Assembly (NCBI GenBank): GCA_000002445.1
Contig: CH464491.1
Location: 1,376,001 to 1,440,000 of the forward strand
Origin: Trypanosoma brucei
Lineage: Eukaryota
Length of the DNA stretch: 64,000 bases
Direction of reading: 5' to 3'
Shown here: positions 52,049 through 62,900 of the stretch, one piece after another
How the letters are laid out: each line of letters begins with the position of its first letter
Position numbering within the stretch: position 1 is the first letter of the stretch
Notes under the pieces: generated by a model
The model's database searches: none
What the model saw: the letters and a program-made list of their open reading frames with translations, nothing else
Told to the model about the DNA's origin: nothing
Made by a program: the position numbers and the translations under genes

Positions 52049-53505
52049 GTCTCTTTCTTTTTTTTTTGTAGGGGTGGGGCGGGTTGGGAGGTGAGCGTAT
52101 GTTTCTGTGATGAGGGAAATAGTGAAACTTTATTTGATAACTTCACCTCCTTCTCTTTCTCTTTCTCTTTTCTTTCTTTTCTTTCTTCTCGCCCTTTTCA
52201 TCTTCTTTTTGCTGCATCACCTCCCGGCCCGAGCAACATATGTGAGTGGTGGTGCCTCTGTCCTTTGGTTTGCTTGGTAAAATGATCCATTCATGCCATT
52301 CTGATTATCTTTTGGTTGTGTGAAGAGGAGGCTTCTTGCGTCCCTATGGAAAGCTGAGAAGTCACCAGCTGATTATTGAAATGTTTCTTTATATTACCGT
52401 TATCTTCACCCCCAGCCGGGTATTAAATATCGGCTAGTTTCAGTGCCTTGTAGGCGCGGAACTTCTTTTCTTGCGCATCGAGATATAAGGGCTTGCCTCT
52501 TTGACTGGTGCATGTATGCAATGGTGTCATATTTATATATACATTTATTTATTTATTTACGTATATGTTCTTGTATGTATGTCTCTTTTTTTTAAAAAAA
52601 AACAATTGGTGTTGAATGTTTGTGTTTATATGGTTAATATAATAACATAATGGTGGGTGGTGCTTGGTTGCTTCAGATGACAATGGTATTGTAATGGAAC
52701 CAAAGGCTTCAAAAGTTAGGCTTGATGAGCAGAGTATATTTGTATATCAACGTACACATTTACACATTTGTGAACTGGCATCAATGCATTCAATTCCTTC
52801 TTTTTTTCTTTCTCTGTTTCATACGCCTGACTGCAGTTGGTATATCAGGTTGCTCGATATATTTGAGGTTGGAGGGACGTGAGATCACAAGTGGGTTCAT
52901 AATTCTCTGCGTATACGGATTGGAGCTCCTTTCAAAAAGGGAGAGAGAAAGAGAATAAGCAAAGGAAAAAAGAAAAGAAAAAGCCTTCGAAAGTGTGTTG
53001 AAAAGTCAAAATTGCGCGATGTGGTGGGTGAAGTGCAGCGTTGATTTCACTTATTTTGCAGCTGTTTGTATGCCTGTAGATAATGAAGCAGTGCTTCGGT
53101 GAAACACGTCATTGCGCAGTATTTGGAAAGGGAAACTAATATTTGTATATGTTTCTTGCTTCCTGCTTTGTTTTTTTATCACACTTTTTTCTTTGTGGTT
53201 CTTTTTCTTTTTTTTTTTTGGCTTTGCGCCGTTATTTCCTTTTCTTTTTTTTTGAGAGGTGGGCTATAGAAAAAGCTGTTGTTTCCCCCCTCCGTTTCTG
53301 ACTTTGTATTGCTACTAATGGCGTGCGTATTGTCATTGTTCCCGTATGGTGGCTGCTTTCTTTTTTTTTCTTTTGAGTTGCTCCGACATGAACACAATCG
53401 AGTGTTGAGTTAAGAAATGTGCTGATGGAAGATGATGGGAGAATATTGTACTACACGCGGGGTAAATGATCGAATCTCTTGGCGCCGAGTGCTTCTTTTA
53501 TCTCC

Positions 53506-53546
53506 CTTTTTGTTGTTTTTGTTTTTGTTTTTGTTTTTGCTTTTGT
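53506..53546. repeat. (TTTTTG)n hexanucleotide repeat
   Basis: TTTTTGTTGTTTTTGTTTTTGTTTTTGTTTTTGCTTTTG, followed by poly-A. Confidence 0.85.
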
Positions 53547-53901
53547 CAAAAAAAAAAAGAAAAAAATAGCGGTGAAAGATATCTCTTCCTTTTCTCCTTC
53601 TCCACTTATGCTGTTGTTAGTCTTCTATTCGTAAGGTATCCCTCATTGCTTTATTTGGGTGCTTCTGCGAATTCCTTTATTCATTTCTTCACTGTGCAGA
53701 ACCACACTGAAATATCAATTTAAGGCATAGATGAGTGTCCATATTTCCCCTTCAACTTGTCTCTCTGCAAACGTTGTTTCACCTTAGTATAGCTTTCAAC
53801 CGCACTGATACCAACCTTCTGAAAAAGAAATCGAAGAAGAATACATAGACAAACAAACAATATAATTACATATAATTACATATATATATATATTTGTTTG
53901 T

Positions 53902-55155
53902 ATGCTCAATCCCACAACACAGCGGCATATTGCAAAGGTCGGGATGGAAAGCCAACGAGCCATCGGTAGTGTTTTTTCCAACATTCCAATGGGGAAACCG
54001 GATCCCATCCTCGGCCTCGGGCAGGATTTTCGTATGGATCCCGCCAAAAGGAAGGTGAATTTGTCTATTGGTGTGTACCGCGACGACGCCGACCAGCCTT
54101 TTGTGCTGGAATGTGTGAAACAAGCCACATTAGGCACCAACATGGACTACGCCCCAGTCACAGGAATTGCAAGTTTTGTAGAGGAGGCTCAAAAACTGTG
54201 TTTTGGCCCAACGTGTGCGGCGCTTCGGGATGGACGCATTGCAAGTTGCCAAACGCTTGGCGGCACAGGTGCGCTTCGGATTGGTGGTGACCTTCTCAAT
54301 CGCTTTGTGGCCAATTGTAACCGCATTTACGGTCCTGACGTCGGTTATCCGAATCATGAGAGTATCTTTGCTAAGGCGGGGATGGAACTTACCCCATATT
54401 CGTACTATGATCCTGCCACAAAAGGTTTTAACCTTGCGGGTATGCTCGAGTGCCTAGACAAGGCGCCTGAGGGCTCTGTTATACTCGTTCATGCCTGCGC
54501 ACACAATCCAACTGGCGTCGATCCAACACACGATGACTGGCGACAGGTGTGCGATGTGATAAAGAGGCGTAACCATATTCCGTTCGTAGACATGGCTTAC
54601 CAAGGTTTTGCTACTGGTCAATTGGATTATGATGCCTTCGTGCCACGCCACCTGGTGGATATGGTGCCAAACCTGATTGTTGCGCAGAGTTTCTCCAAGA
54701 ACTTTGGCCTGTACGGGCATCGCTGTGGTGCTCTTCACATCTCGACGGCGAGTGCTGAAGAGGCGAAGCGTTTGGTCTCACAATTGGCCCTACTGATTCG
54801 GCCCATGTATAGCAATCCGCCTCTTTATGGTGCCTGGGTCGTAAGTTCTATTCTAAAGGACCCGCAGCTGACTGCACTCTGGAAGAAGGAATTAAAGCAA
54901 ATGTCATCTCGCATTGCTGAGGTGCGCAAGCGTTTGGTTTCAGAGCTGAAAGCATGCGGCTCCGTCCATGACTGGTCTCACATTGAGCGCCAAGTTGGTA
55001 TGATGGCATACACAGGCCTAACAAGGGAGCAGGTGGAGTTACTGAGGAGCGAGTACCACATATACATGACGTTGAATGGTCGCGCTGCGGTGTCCGGACT
55101 TAACAGCACAAATGTTGAATATGTTTCCCAAGCTATTCACAACGTTACTAAATGA
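53902..55155 (+). CDS. Aspartate aminotransferase (class I PLP-dependent aminotransferase)
   Basis: The AAT signature with the PLP-lysine, SKNFGLYGHRCGA, is present. The N-terminus has GKPDPILGL. Length is 417 aa. Confidence 0.9.
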   Translation: MLNPTTQRHIAKVGMESQRAIGSVFSNIPMGKPDPILGLGQDFRMDPAKRKVNLSIGVYRDDADQPFVLECVKQATLGTNMDYAPVTGIASFVEEAQKLCFGPTCAALRDGRIASCQTLGGTGALRIGGDLLNRFVANCNRIYGPDVGYPNHESIFAKAGMELTPYSYYDPATKGFNLAGMLECLDKAPEGSVILVHACAHNPTGVDPTHDDWRQVCDVIKRRNHIPFVDMAYQGFATGQLDYDAFVPRHLVDMVPNLIVAQSFSKNFGLYGHRCGALHISTASAEEAKRLVSQLALLIRPMYSNPPLYGAWVVSSILKDPQLTALWKKELKQMSSRIAEVRKRLVSELKACGSVHDWSHIERQVGMMAYTGLTREQVELLRSEYHIYMTLNGRAAVSGLNSTNVEYVSQAIHNVTK

Positions 55156-56348
55156 TAGGAGAATGTTGCATATATATATATATATCTGTTACATGCCGTG
55201 ACATTCTTCTCCGTTCTTAACGCCTTCCCCTTCTTCGTAGCGTTTGACTTACTTTTTTCCGTTCTTAGTGTTATCAACTTTATATATATAATTTTTCAAT
55301 GCTGCTGATGACTTGCAGTGTGTTTTTTACATTTTCCTCCTCCTTTTTTGTCCTTTCCGTTACTCTTCTTTTTTTTTTCCTTTTGGAGACTAAGTGAGTT
55401 CATTTGAACTTTCTTGGATGTAAAATATATTTGTTTTTGTTTAAATATATTTGTTGCGGTGTTTTGACACTCGTTATTTTTTTTTGATTATTTTCTACTA
55501 CTTTGCCTATAAATGTGCTTTTCGTCCGATACTTAACGGGCACGGTGCGGAGAGAATGAAGAATAAAAGAAATGATTAAAACCCCACTCCCGCTGCGGGA
55601 ATGTTGGGTCCTATGCATTTCAAAAATAATAAATGATAACCACAAGCGTGGAGAGGTGGGAGTAAAGAAGAGCGAATGAGAACAAGTATGTTTTAATCTG
55701 TCATGTGCATAAAAACAAGTAGATATACATTTATGTATTTATGCATACATACAAATATATCTGTAAATAAAAACATATATGTTAAAAGCAGTAGAAGGGC
55801 AGAGGGTTACTTCGCCTCTATTAGGCGGTAGGGCAACTTTATTTCGCTGATCCCGCAGGGGTTTTCTCTTTTTCTCAATTTCCTACGGTATTGTCAGCAC
55901 TTCCTTTTTTTTTTGCTGTTATCGACATTTTTCGTTATGAATATATATATATATATATTCGTCTTCTTGATTTAGTTTTCATTTGGTTGCTTGGGGAGGG
56001 GGAAAAAAGACAATTAATTGATGTGTGTTGCACCACCTGTCGCCATTTTTTTAAATTATTTCATTGCATTGATCATCCCACGGAAACCTCCTTACATTTT
56101 CATGTACGTGAAGCAAAAGAGAAATAAACGCATTAACCTTACTCACTTCCATTAAGTGAAAGTACTGTGTATTTCAATTTCATCTTCCTTTACGGGCTGG
56201 TACCGATCTCTTTTTAGTAAAAAAAACAGGGGAGGCGATTACATTTCTTAAACTGCAGAGGGATGTGCTGCTGAAGAAGGGGGGAAGGGGAAGGAGATGA
56301 GAGAGAGAGAACATGATAAAGTGGATGAGGTGATATCGCGGCAAAAAA

Positions 56349-56390
56349 ACAACAACAACAACAACAACAGCAGCAGCAGCAGCAGCAAAG
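56349..56390. repeat. (CAA)7(CAG)7 compound trinucleotide repeat in intergenic spacer
   Basis: CAACAACAACAACAACAACAACAGCAGCAGCAGCAGCAGCAA. It is not inside any credible ORF. Confidence 0.9.
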
Positions 56391-57422
56391 TCTGGGTTAA
56401 GACGTGTAGTTATGTGGAATGAAATTGTTAAATGGTTGTAATTCTTGGGTGTGCACAAGGGACACCTGTGATTGGTAACTGGACAGCTGGAGGTCGTTTT
56501 TACATCCTTGTTAATTTGTGTGTGTGTGTGTGTGTATGTGTGAAAGTAAAAGTAAAAAATAAAAAATAAATAATGAAAAGCATATGCATATACATATATG
56601 TAAACACGAGTGCATGTACATACATGTGTTTTGCTTATTTTCTTTTTCTTTTTGTCGTTGTCATTGACAACCATTTCCATCCGTACCAAATCTACCTTTT
56701 TTTAAATTTTTTTCCCGCTTCGCGTGGGTGTTTTATTTGGGTTGCCATGGAGTAAGGGTCACGAAAGGAATAACTGTGCCTTTTAACGGGGTTAAATGCA
56801 TACATGTAAACAACACGGGTTGGTTAAAACTATGAACGTTTGAGGGGTAAAATAACACTAATAACATGTGACGGAACTTTCTCTCTGCTCCTATGTATTA
56901 ACTCACGGGTACGTAATCTCTACTTTTTGTTTTATAGTGGCCTTTTTTTCCCTCTCCCCTCCTCTCCCTCTTCGCACATTTCTTTTTTTTAGGTATTGGT
57001 TGGGTGCATACCCAAGAAAGTAGAGACACCTTCTAACGTTCAGTTTGATATTCTCCCCCGTGGCACACAGTGGGGGACCCACTTGAAAAGTTTGCGATGG
57101 TAACAAGGGGAGGATGAAATGAGGAGGTAAAGAAACTTGTGTGGGTTTCCGTAATGCCTGTAACAGAAGGTCAAGGAACTGTAAATACAAACACACACAA
57201 AAAAAGAGGAAGATTCAGTTAGACCTAAAGTCTGCCGTTAACACCTTTCCCTCCCCCCCGTGAAGCGGCATTTATGTGTGTATTTGTGTGAGGAAGGGAA
57301 GTGTTGGGAGCTAAACGGTGAGGCAGCGGCCCGCTTATGTTTAGTAGAACTTATCATCTCATACATCCTCCTATAAGAACATATGCTTGTATCCGTGGCT
57401 GTTTGCTTTGCGTATTCGCACG

Positions 57423-57502
57423 TGCTGTTCTATTGTTTTTTTCATTTGTTTTCATTAGCTACCCCTCACAACCTTTTTACCTTGTTTGTGAGCCTTTGGC
57501 AG
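57423..57502 (+). promoter_or_regulatory. polypyrimidine tract + AG upstream of S/T-P-rich gene (inside the track's 5' ORF extension)
   Basis: TGCTGTTCTATTGTTTTTTTCATTTGTTTTCATTAGCTACCCCTCACAACCTTTTTACCTTGTTTGTGAGCCTTTGGCAG, about 88 nt before ATG 57590. Confidence 0.5.
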
Positions 57503-57589
57503 CGCATTAGTAGAGAAAAAGGAGTGGAGAGCAACCTGTATTGTATCATTACAACACCAGCATCCATTGTAGAGATATCTGGAGGTAAT

Positions 57590-60283
57590 ATGATATCAGA
57601 GAGCCAGATGTTTAGCCCGTGGCGCAACTCTGCGCGAGATCAAGCACAATTACGTAGTTGTGCCCTAGCTGCCCCCAGTGCAGCAGCTTCTCGTTACATT
57701 CACCGGCTTGAGGAGGAGGTTTCGGCTCTCACGCAGCACTACAATACGGCCTGCCACTTGTTGCACCGCGCCATTTTAGTACAGGATTTATCTTCTGTTA
57801 TCATAGACGAATTGGAGGGTCGCAGCCACATCGTTGAAGAAGAGAGCACGTTGAGAAGCAATATGATGTGGCTGTGCATGAGTATGACATCTGTTCTTAG
57901 GCGCACTGTGCCGCAGCACAGTACTGCAGTGCGAGCGGGAACAGCGTCCCAGGTAGATTCAGACGCTGCACGAGACCTAAATGGGTTGCCAGAGCGTATT
58001 ATAAACGCTGTGCGGCACACAGTAGAGCAGGGGAGCGAACGTGTCAGTGAGTTAGTGAGTGCCGTTCCACGAAGGGTGTGCATGGCACTTTCGACTGAAG
58101 ATATCGGAGTAAACAGGTCAAAACATAATGCCAGCGTGATGCAGAACGAGGAGTACCGCTCTGGATTTTCTACAATGCAGCGACAATTAGACCGTGTGCT
58201 AAGTCGTGTAGAAGATATTCTTAGCGAGTTTAACACTGCTCAGCATGCACTAGTGAATCAGCAGCGTGACGACGAGTATAGCAAGGGATACGTTGTATCG
58301 CTTCAAACAGCAGCCAAAAATGTGGAGGATTTATCAACGCAAGTTGCTGAGCTATTGCGCCAACTACAGCAGATGCGGCGGGACCAGTTACAACACCAAC
58401 AAACTTCTGTAAGCTCATCATCACAACCACAACTTTCACCTGCAAAGGTAACCTTTACAGAAACGACTCAGACGACCGGTCCACTACCATCGTGTGATGC
58501 AGTGACTCAGACGCTTCCGCAACCCGAACCTGCCGCATCAAAGGTAGAGAGCCCTGCAACACAAAGAGTTAAAATTGTCCAAGCTTCTTCGGTTACTGCG
58601 CAGACCCAAACTGCTGGCCCTCCACCTACTGCCACAACCGCAACCCAAACAAAAACGCCCCCATCGTCACCAACAGACGTAACGAGGGAGAATCGTACAA
58701 CTCAGCGATCGATACTTACAGCGCCACTGCCAACAGTAGCAACAGGAACTCAAACCGACACCCCTAAACCATCAGCTGCAGAACTGGCGCCATCGACCGA
58801 CAAGTGTCTCCGGGATTCGCGAGCTGCAGAGGAGTGGAAACTGTTGATGGAATTTGCTGTCAACGCCATTAACGTCCTATCGTCGAATGTGCGTGATTAC
58901 GTCTCAACTTTCGAGAAGATCCAGAGACTCTCGGAGCAGGAAATAGATTTCCTCCAACAAGTGGGTGACAGCCGGAAAACGAGACGATGGGAGTCTCTTC
59001 TTGCAGAAAAGAGCGCTGAGATTGTGCGACTTAATGAGGAGGTAACAAAACTAGACAGCGCTATCAAAGCTGCGGAGAAACCAAGGACGAGATCTTCCCC
59101 TAGCCCGGCGCGTTCGGAGGATAATAACACACCTTCTCTTGCGCAATTATACGCCGCGTATTCTGCACCTTTCATACCACCGAAGCTTCGTACCACTCAG
59201 AAGGTCAAATTGCTTCCCACCACTGAACTGCTGAAAGCAGCTTTACGTGCTGGAGCTCGCTCTGCTACAGAAGGAGACAGTACAGGGGCTCGTAGCGGTA
59301 CAGTGACGCCTAAGAGCGTGAGCCGAAGTCCTGGAAAGAGTGGCGAGGGCTCGCCCGTTTCGAGGCAGGGATTGACACCGGATGCAAAAGCTGCTAAAAA
59401 AGTTGCAATAAGTGAGCCCAATAAAATGCCTTTCCAATCAGCCCCGAACGCAGCGGTTAGGGGTGGTGATATTTCTCCCCTGACGGGATCGCGTAGATCT
59501 ACTGTCGCCGCTCCTCCCGCTGCTACGAAACACGTTGAAAAGCGCACTCATAGGGTGTTTGACGATGACACTCCCGTGGCTACTCCAAGGGTTTCTACAG
59601 TCACTAAAGCTCCTGACACCAGTGACAAACCGTCTTTGCCTTCTAGTAAGATTCGGAAATCCGACGCCGCCGCTGCGAAAAGCTCCCCCAGGGCTGCTTC
59701 TCCACCACCAACGTCCGCAGTTTCTATAGGCGGTGACGTTGTTACTGTGCGAAAATTCAAAAGGTCACTTTCCTCGTCATCTTCGTCCTCTGGGAAGGCA
59801 GATACAATTGCCCCGCTACGAGCCAAGAAGAGTGAAGTTGGCAACAAAGAATCTCATGAAAAAGGAGAAGACGGGAAACCAAAGGATGAGCCCAAGAAAT
59901 TGGAGATGCGCCAACTGAAAAAGAAGTCCTTTTCTAGCGACAGTCTCAGTGTCTCGCTTTCTGATGTTCCTGTCACCCGTCCAAAGGTAGAGAAGGTTGC
60001 CGATAAACCAAAATCAGCAGCTGCCAACAACTCATTCGACGAAAGCAGCGATGACGAGCCTAAGAGAGCTTTACACCGCGTATCTGTGCCGGCGAAGAAC
60101 AATGAACGCAACGAGCAAACTCCGAGCAACAAGTGCCAAGACAAACCGAGAGAGAAAAGGTGGAGTGAAACCTCCTCTTCGTTGGATGATAAAGAAGGAG
60201 GAAATGAGAAAGCTGCAGCCAAAAAGGGTGTATCCAAGAATGCTTCAAAAAGTACTGATACATCTCTAACGTTAACTCTGTAA
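57590..60283 (+). CDS. hypothetical S/T/P-rich, largely disordered protein with N-terminal coiled-coil
   Basis: The track ORF starts at 57383, but its first 69 codons translate a pyrimidine tract that has AG at about 57501. ATG 57590 (MISESQMF...) is the likely start. The body is rich in TQT, SP and TP motifs and K/E. Confidence 0.5.
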   Translation: MISESQMFSPWRNSARDQAQLRSCALAAPSAAASRYIHRLEEEVSALTQHYNTACHLLHRAILVQDLSSVIIDELEGRSHIVEEESTLRSNMMWLCMSMTSVLRRTVPQHSTAVRAGTASQVDSDAARDLNGLPERIINAVRHTVEQGSERVSELVSAVPRRVCMALSTEDIGVNRSKHNASVMQNEEYRSGFSTMQRQLDRVLSRVEDILSEFNTAQHALVNQQRDDEYSKGYVVSLQTAAKNVEDLSTQVAELLRQLQQMRRDQLQHQQTSVSSSSQPQLSPAKVTFTETTQTTGPLPSCDAVTQTLPQPEPAASKVESPATQRVKIVQASSVTAQTQTAGPPPTATTATQTKTPPSSPTDVTRENRTTQRSILTAPLPTVATGTQTDTPKPSAAELAPSTDKCLRDSRAAEEWKLLMEFAVNAINVLSSNVRDYVSTFEKIQRLSEQEIDFLQQVGDSRKTRRWESLLAEKSAEIVRLNEEVTKLDSAIKAAEKPRTRSSPSPARSEDNNTPSLAQLYAAYSAPFIPPKLRTTQKVKLLPTTELLKAALRAGARSATEGDSTGARSGTVTPKSVSRSPGKSGEGSPVSRQGLTPDAKAAKKVAISEPNKMPFQSAPNAAVRGGDISPLTGSRRSTVAAPPAATKHVEKRTHRVFDDDTPVATPRVSTVTKAPDTSDKPSLPSSKIRKSDAAAAKSSPRAASPPPTSAVSIGGDVVTVRKFKRSLSSSSSSSGKADTIAPLRAKKSEVGNKESHEKGEDGKPKDEPKKLEMRQLKKKSFSSDSLSVSLSDVPVTRPKVEKVADKPKSAAANNSFDESSDDEPKRALHRVSVPAKNNERNEQTPSNKCQDKPREKRWSETSSSLDDKEGGNEKAAAKKGVSKNASKSTDTSLTLTL

Positions 60284-61021
60284 CATTTTTTGCTGTTGTT
60301 CTTGTGTCTGCGCTATAAATATCTGTTGTCGTTTGCGCTCCCAGCGATGACTTTCACCCTCTACGCGGAGAACCTTTTTCGGCGTGTGTGTGTATGACTA
60401 ATTGAACGTTCTTTTTCTTTTTTTTTGACCTATCGTGTGAAGATGAAACGCATTTCTCCTTAGTGAGACTATCTTCTATGACGATGTCCGTTCATTTTTG
60501 TTACAACAGAGTTACGTGAGAGAACTGTGGGGAAACGGGAGGGGATGGGTGGTGAGGGGTTCCTTCTTGATTGCTTTTCTTGCTTTTTTGTTCCCTTTAA
60601 GTACATATGGCCACATAGATTTTTTTTTATGTGTTGCTTACCATCGCTTCCGTTAGTTACGCGAATTTATTTGGCACGTTACCTTACTGTGGCCCTCTAG
60701 CACTTTTTTGTACATTGTATATTTTCGTCCTATTCCTCTAATTCGGTGCTCAGCACATGCGCACGTTCAGGTATTTTGATGAATTATGCTATTGAATCAG
60801 TTTTACTCTATTATTGCTTATAGATCGTAAAAAGAGGAATAAATAATATAGATACACATGCTTATATATATATGTTAGTTTAATCGAAACGTAAGAAGGA
60901 GGATCGTGTTGCAGTGGCGTGAGATTCTACATTTTCTGTGGAGGTGGTTTTGTGGTTCTGTTGAGTACTTAACACGAGTTGCCTAGCGCCAACTCGTTGG
61001 AAATAATATCGTAGTTAGCAA

Positions 61022-61065
61022 CTTACCATTTTGTCCTCGTTTCTCACCTTTTCTCCTCCGCATAG
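61022..61065 (+). promoter_or_regulatory. polypyrimidine tract + AG upstream of hypothetical gene 61111
   Basis: CTTACCATTTTGTCCTCGTTTCTCACCTTTTCTCCTCCGCATAG, 45 nt before ATG 61111. Confidence 0.5.
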
Positions 61066-61110
61066 CGTGCAGTACTAGTTTTATCATACCGCGTCTTTGT
61101 GCGGTTGCAG

Positions 61111-62475
61111 ATGGCACTGAATGTCGTGAGCATGGTGATTAAGATCAACCGCGTGCTGCTCATCGGCTGCGTTGCCTACCTTTTGTCCCGCGTTGTTGAC
61201 GGATTGATCAGGGGCGACGATCTCCTTGGAAGGGAGAACCATCAACGTTTTAGCGTGCTACCTAACGGTAATGCAATTCACCTAAACTTTGTGATCCGAA
61301 AAAACCGCAACTGTACCGACCACCACTCATCACACAGTGATGAGGGAATCAAAGATAGCATCAGTGGTATCAGTACTGCTGCCGACGCAATACCAAAAAA
61401 ACGGTCGAGCACGGCCCCACATCATGTGAAGCAGCCAAGTTCGACTGGGGTAATGGCCGTCTTCACATTTGGGCGACCGCACCTCCCCAACGGTGCCATA
61501 ACCGACACGTTTAAGAAGCGGTTAGTGCATGCAGTGCGAATGGCGCTTCTTACCGGTGCTCCTTGGATTATTGTCCCATGTAGTCGAGGAGAACGCACGA
61601 ACTCCGAGGCATTCTTGCGGAACATGGGCTCTCCAGGAGATCTTCTCTTTAATGATGCCGTCGTAGAGGATCTTCCCCCCGAACTACAGGAACTGGCTAA
61701 GCAGCTGCGCGATTCGATGCGTTTCGCCGCTTCGTTAGACGAATGGATTCAAAGTGGCAACCCTATTGAACATTTTGCGCGAGTTGCCAACGTAGAGGGA
61801 ACTGGTGTATCGATTGCCTCCCCGCGCCTCTTACGACACGGACAATCTCAATGGATTATTCCGGAGTTTGTGTGGGTTGATCGCAATGAGTCGTGGGTGG
61901 TGAATACAAAGGAAGATATCAAACATGGTTTACTTGTCTTGCTGAGGCGTGTCCTTCAAATTGATTTCTATGGCGAAAATAGTGAGTCACAATCCAAGCA
62001 GGATGCAGACGCAGCTTGGTTGGAACGGGGCATATTTGATATCATTGTGGTGGGAAGTATGCATAACGAGGGATTTCTTTACTCAGCTACCTCAAGGGAA
62101 TTGAGCTTTCTCTCGCGGGCACATCGTCAAAGTACCGTACTCCAAAGACAGGGACGAGAAAACTTGCTTGTGTCGTGGCTTTCGAAGAATATTAACGTTC
62201 GAATTACTTCTGCGGAGGACTCCGTCCCAGAAATTACAGTTCCAGAGCCATGGATCGTTGACGCTCAGCCCGAACCACGCGCCTTGAGGAAGGCCTGGTG
62301 GTTGTTTAGGATGCTTGCTCCATTATCTCACACTATCCACCTGAATTATTGCCGCTGGAGTGCGTGCATACGCTGTTCACTGACATCTGTCAGGATTATC
62401 AACTTCGTCTTTGAGTTTTTTGCCGCAATTGAGGCTATTTTGACAGAAAAGGTGAACATGCTCGGTTACTTTTGA
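61111..62475 (+). CDS. hypothetical protein
   Basis: The track start 61099 is GTG. The first ATG is 61111 (MALNVVSMV...). 454 aa with no confident domain call. A polypyrimidine tract plus AG at 61022-61065 lies upstream. Confidence 0.5.
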   Translation: MALNVVSMVIKINRVLLIGCVAYLLSRVVDGLIRGDDLLGRENHQRFSVLPNGNAIHLNFVIRKNRNCTDHHSSHSDEGIKDSISGISTAADAIPKKRSSTAPHHVKQPSSTGVMAVFTFGRPHLPNGAITDTFKKRLVHAVRMALLTGAPWIIVPCSRGERTNSEAFLRNMGSPGDLLFNDAVVEDLPPELQELAKQLRDSMRFAASLDEWIQSGNPIEHFARVANVEGTGVSIASPRLLRHGQSQWIIPEFVWVDRNESWVVNTKEDIKHGLLVLLRRVLQIDFYGENSESQSKQDADAAWLERGIFDIIVVGSMHNEGFLYSATSRELSFLSRAHRQSTVLQRQGRENLLVSWLSKNINVRITSAEDSVPEITVPEPWIVDAQPEPRALRKAWWLFRMLAPLSHTIHLNYCRWSACIRCSLTSVRIINFVFEFFAAIEAILTEKVNMLGYF

Positions 62476-62815
62476 AGGACCGCAACGGCGGCGGTAAATC
62501 GGTTAAAATAGGGGAGGGAAAAGTGGTCTCAAGGCTTTCCACTAGCTGCATTCCAGGAGGGGTGGGGTGCATACATGTCTGTGTACCTGTGATAATTGTG
62601 TTGGTTTTCCGTTAGTGAACACGCGTCGCGCAGCTGAGGACCATCTGGCGTAGTGCTGAAGTTGTTAAGCCGCTTTGGCTTTGGTGCTTATGTTTTCTGG
62701 ACCGGTGTTTGTATGTGTGTGCCTGCAGTGCCGCCAGATGCCCGTAGCTCACAATATACCATACTTCGTATGCACCGGCACGACGTAGTGCTTCCATTTA
62801 GATGTGCTCAGTAAC

Positions 62816-62873
62816 CGCTTATTCCCTTTGCTGCGCTACTTGCATACCTCTCCTCTCTGCGATGGGTTCTTAG
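62816..62873 (+). promoter_or_regulatory. polypyrimidine tract + AG upstream of TPR-SET gene
   Basis: CGCTTATTCCCTTTGCTGCGCTACTTGCATACCTCTCCTCTCTGCGATGGGTTCTTAG, 28 nt before ATG 62901. Confidence 0.5.
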
Positions 62874-62900
62874 TGGTATTGAGAATACAAAGGTTGAAGT

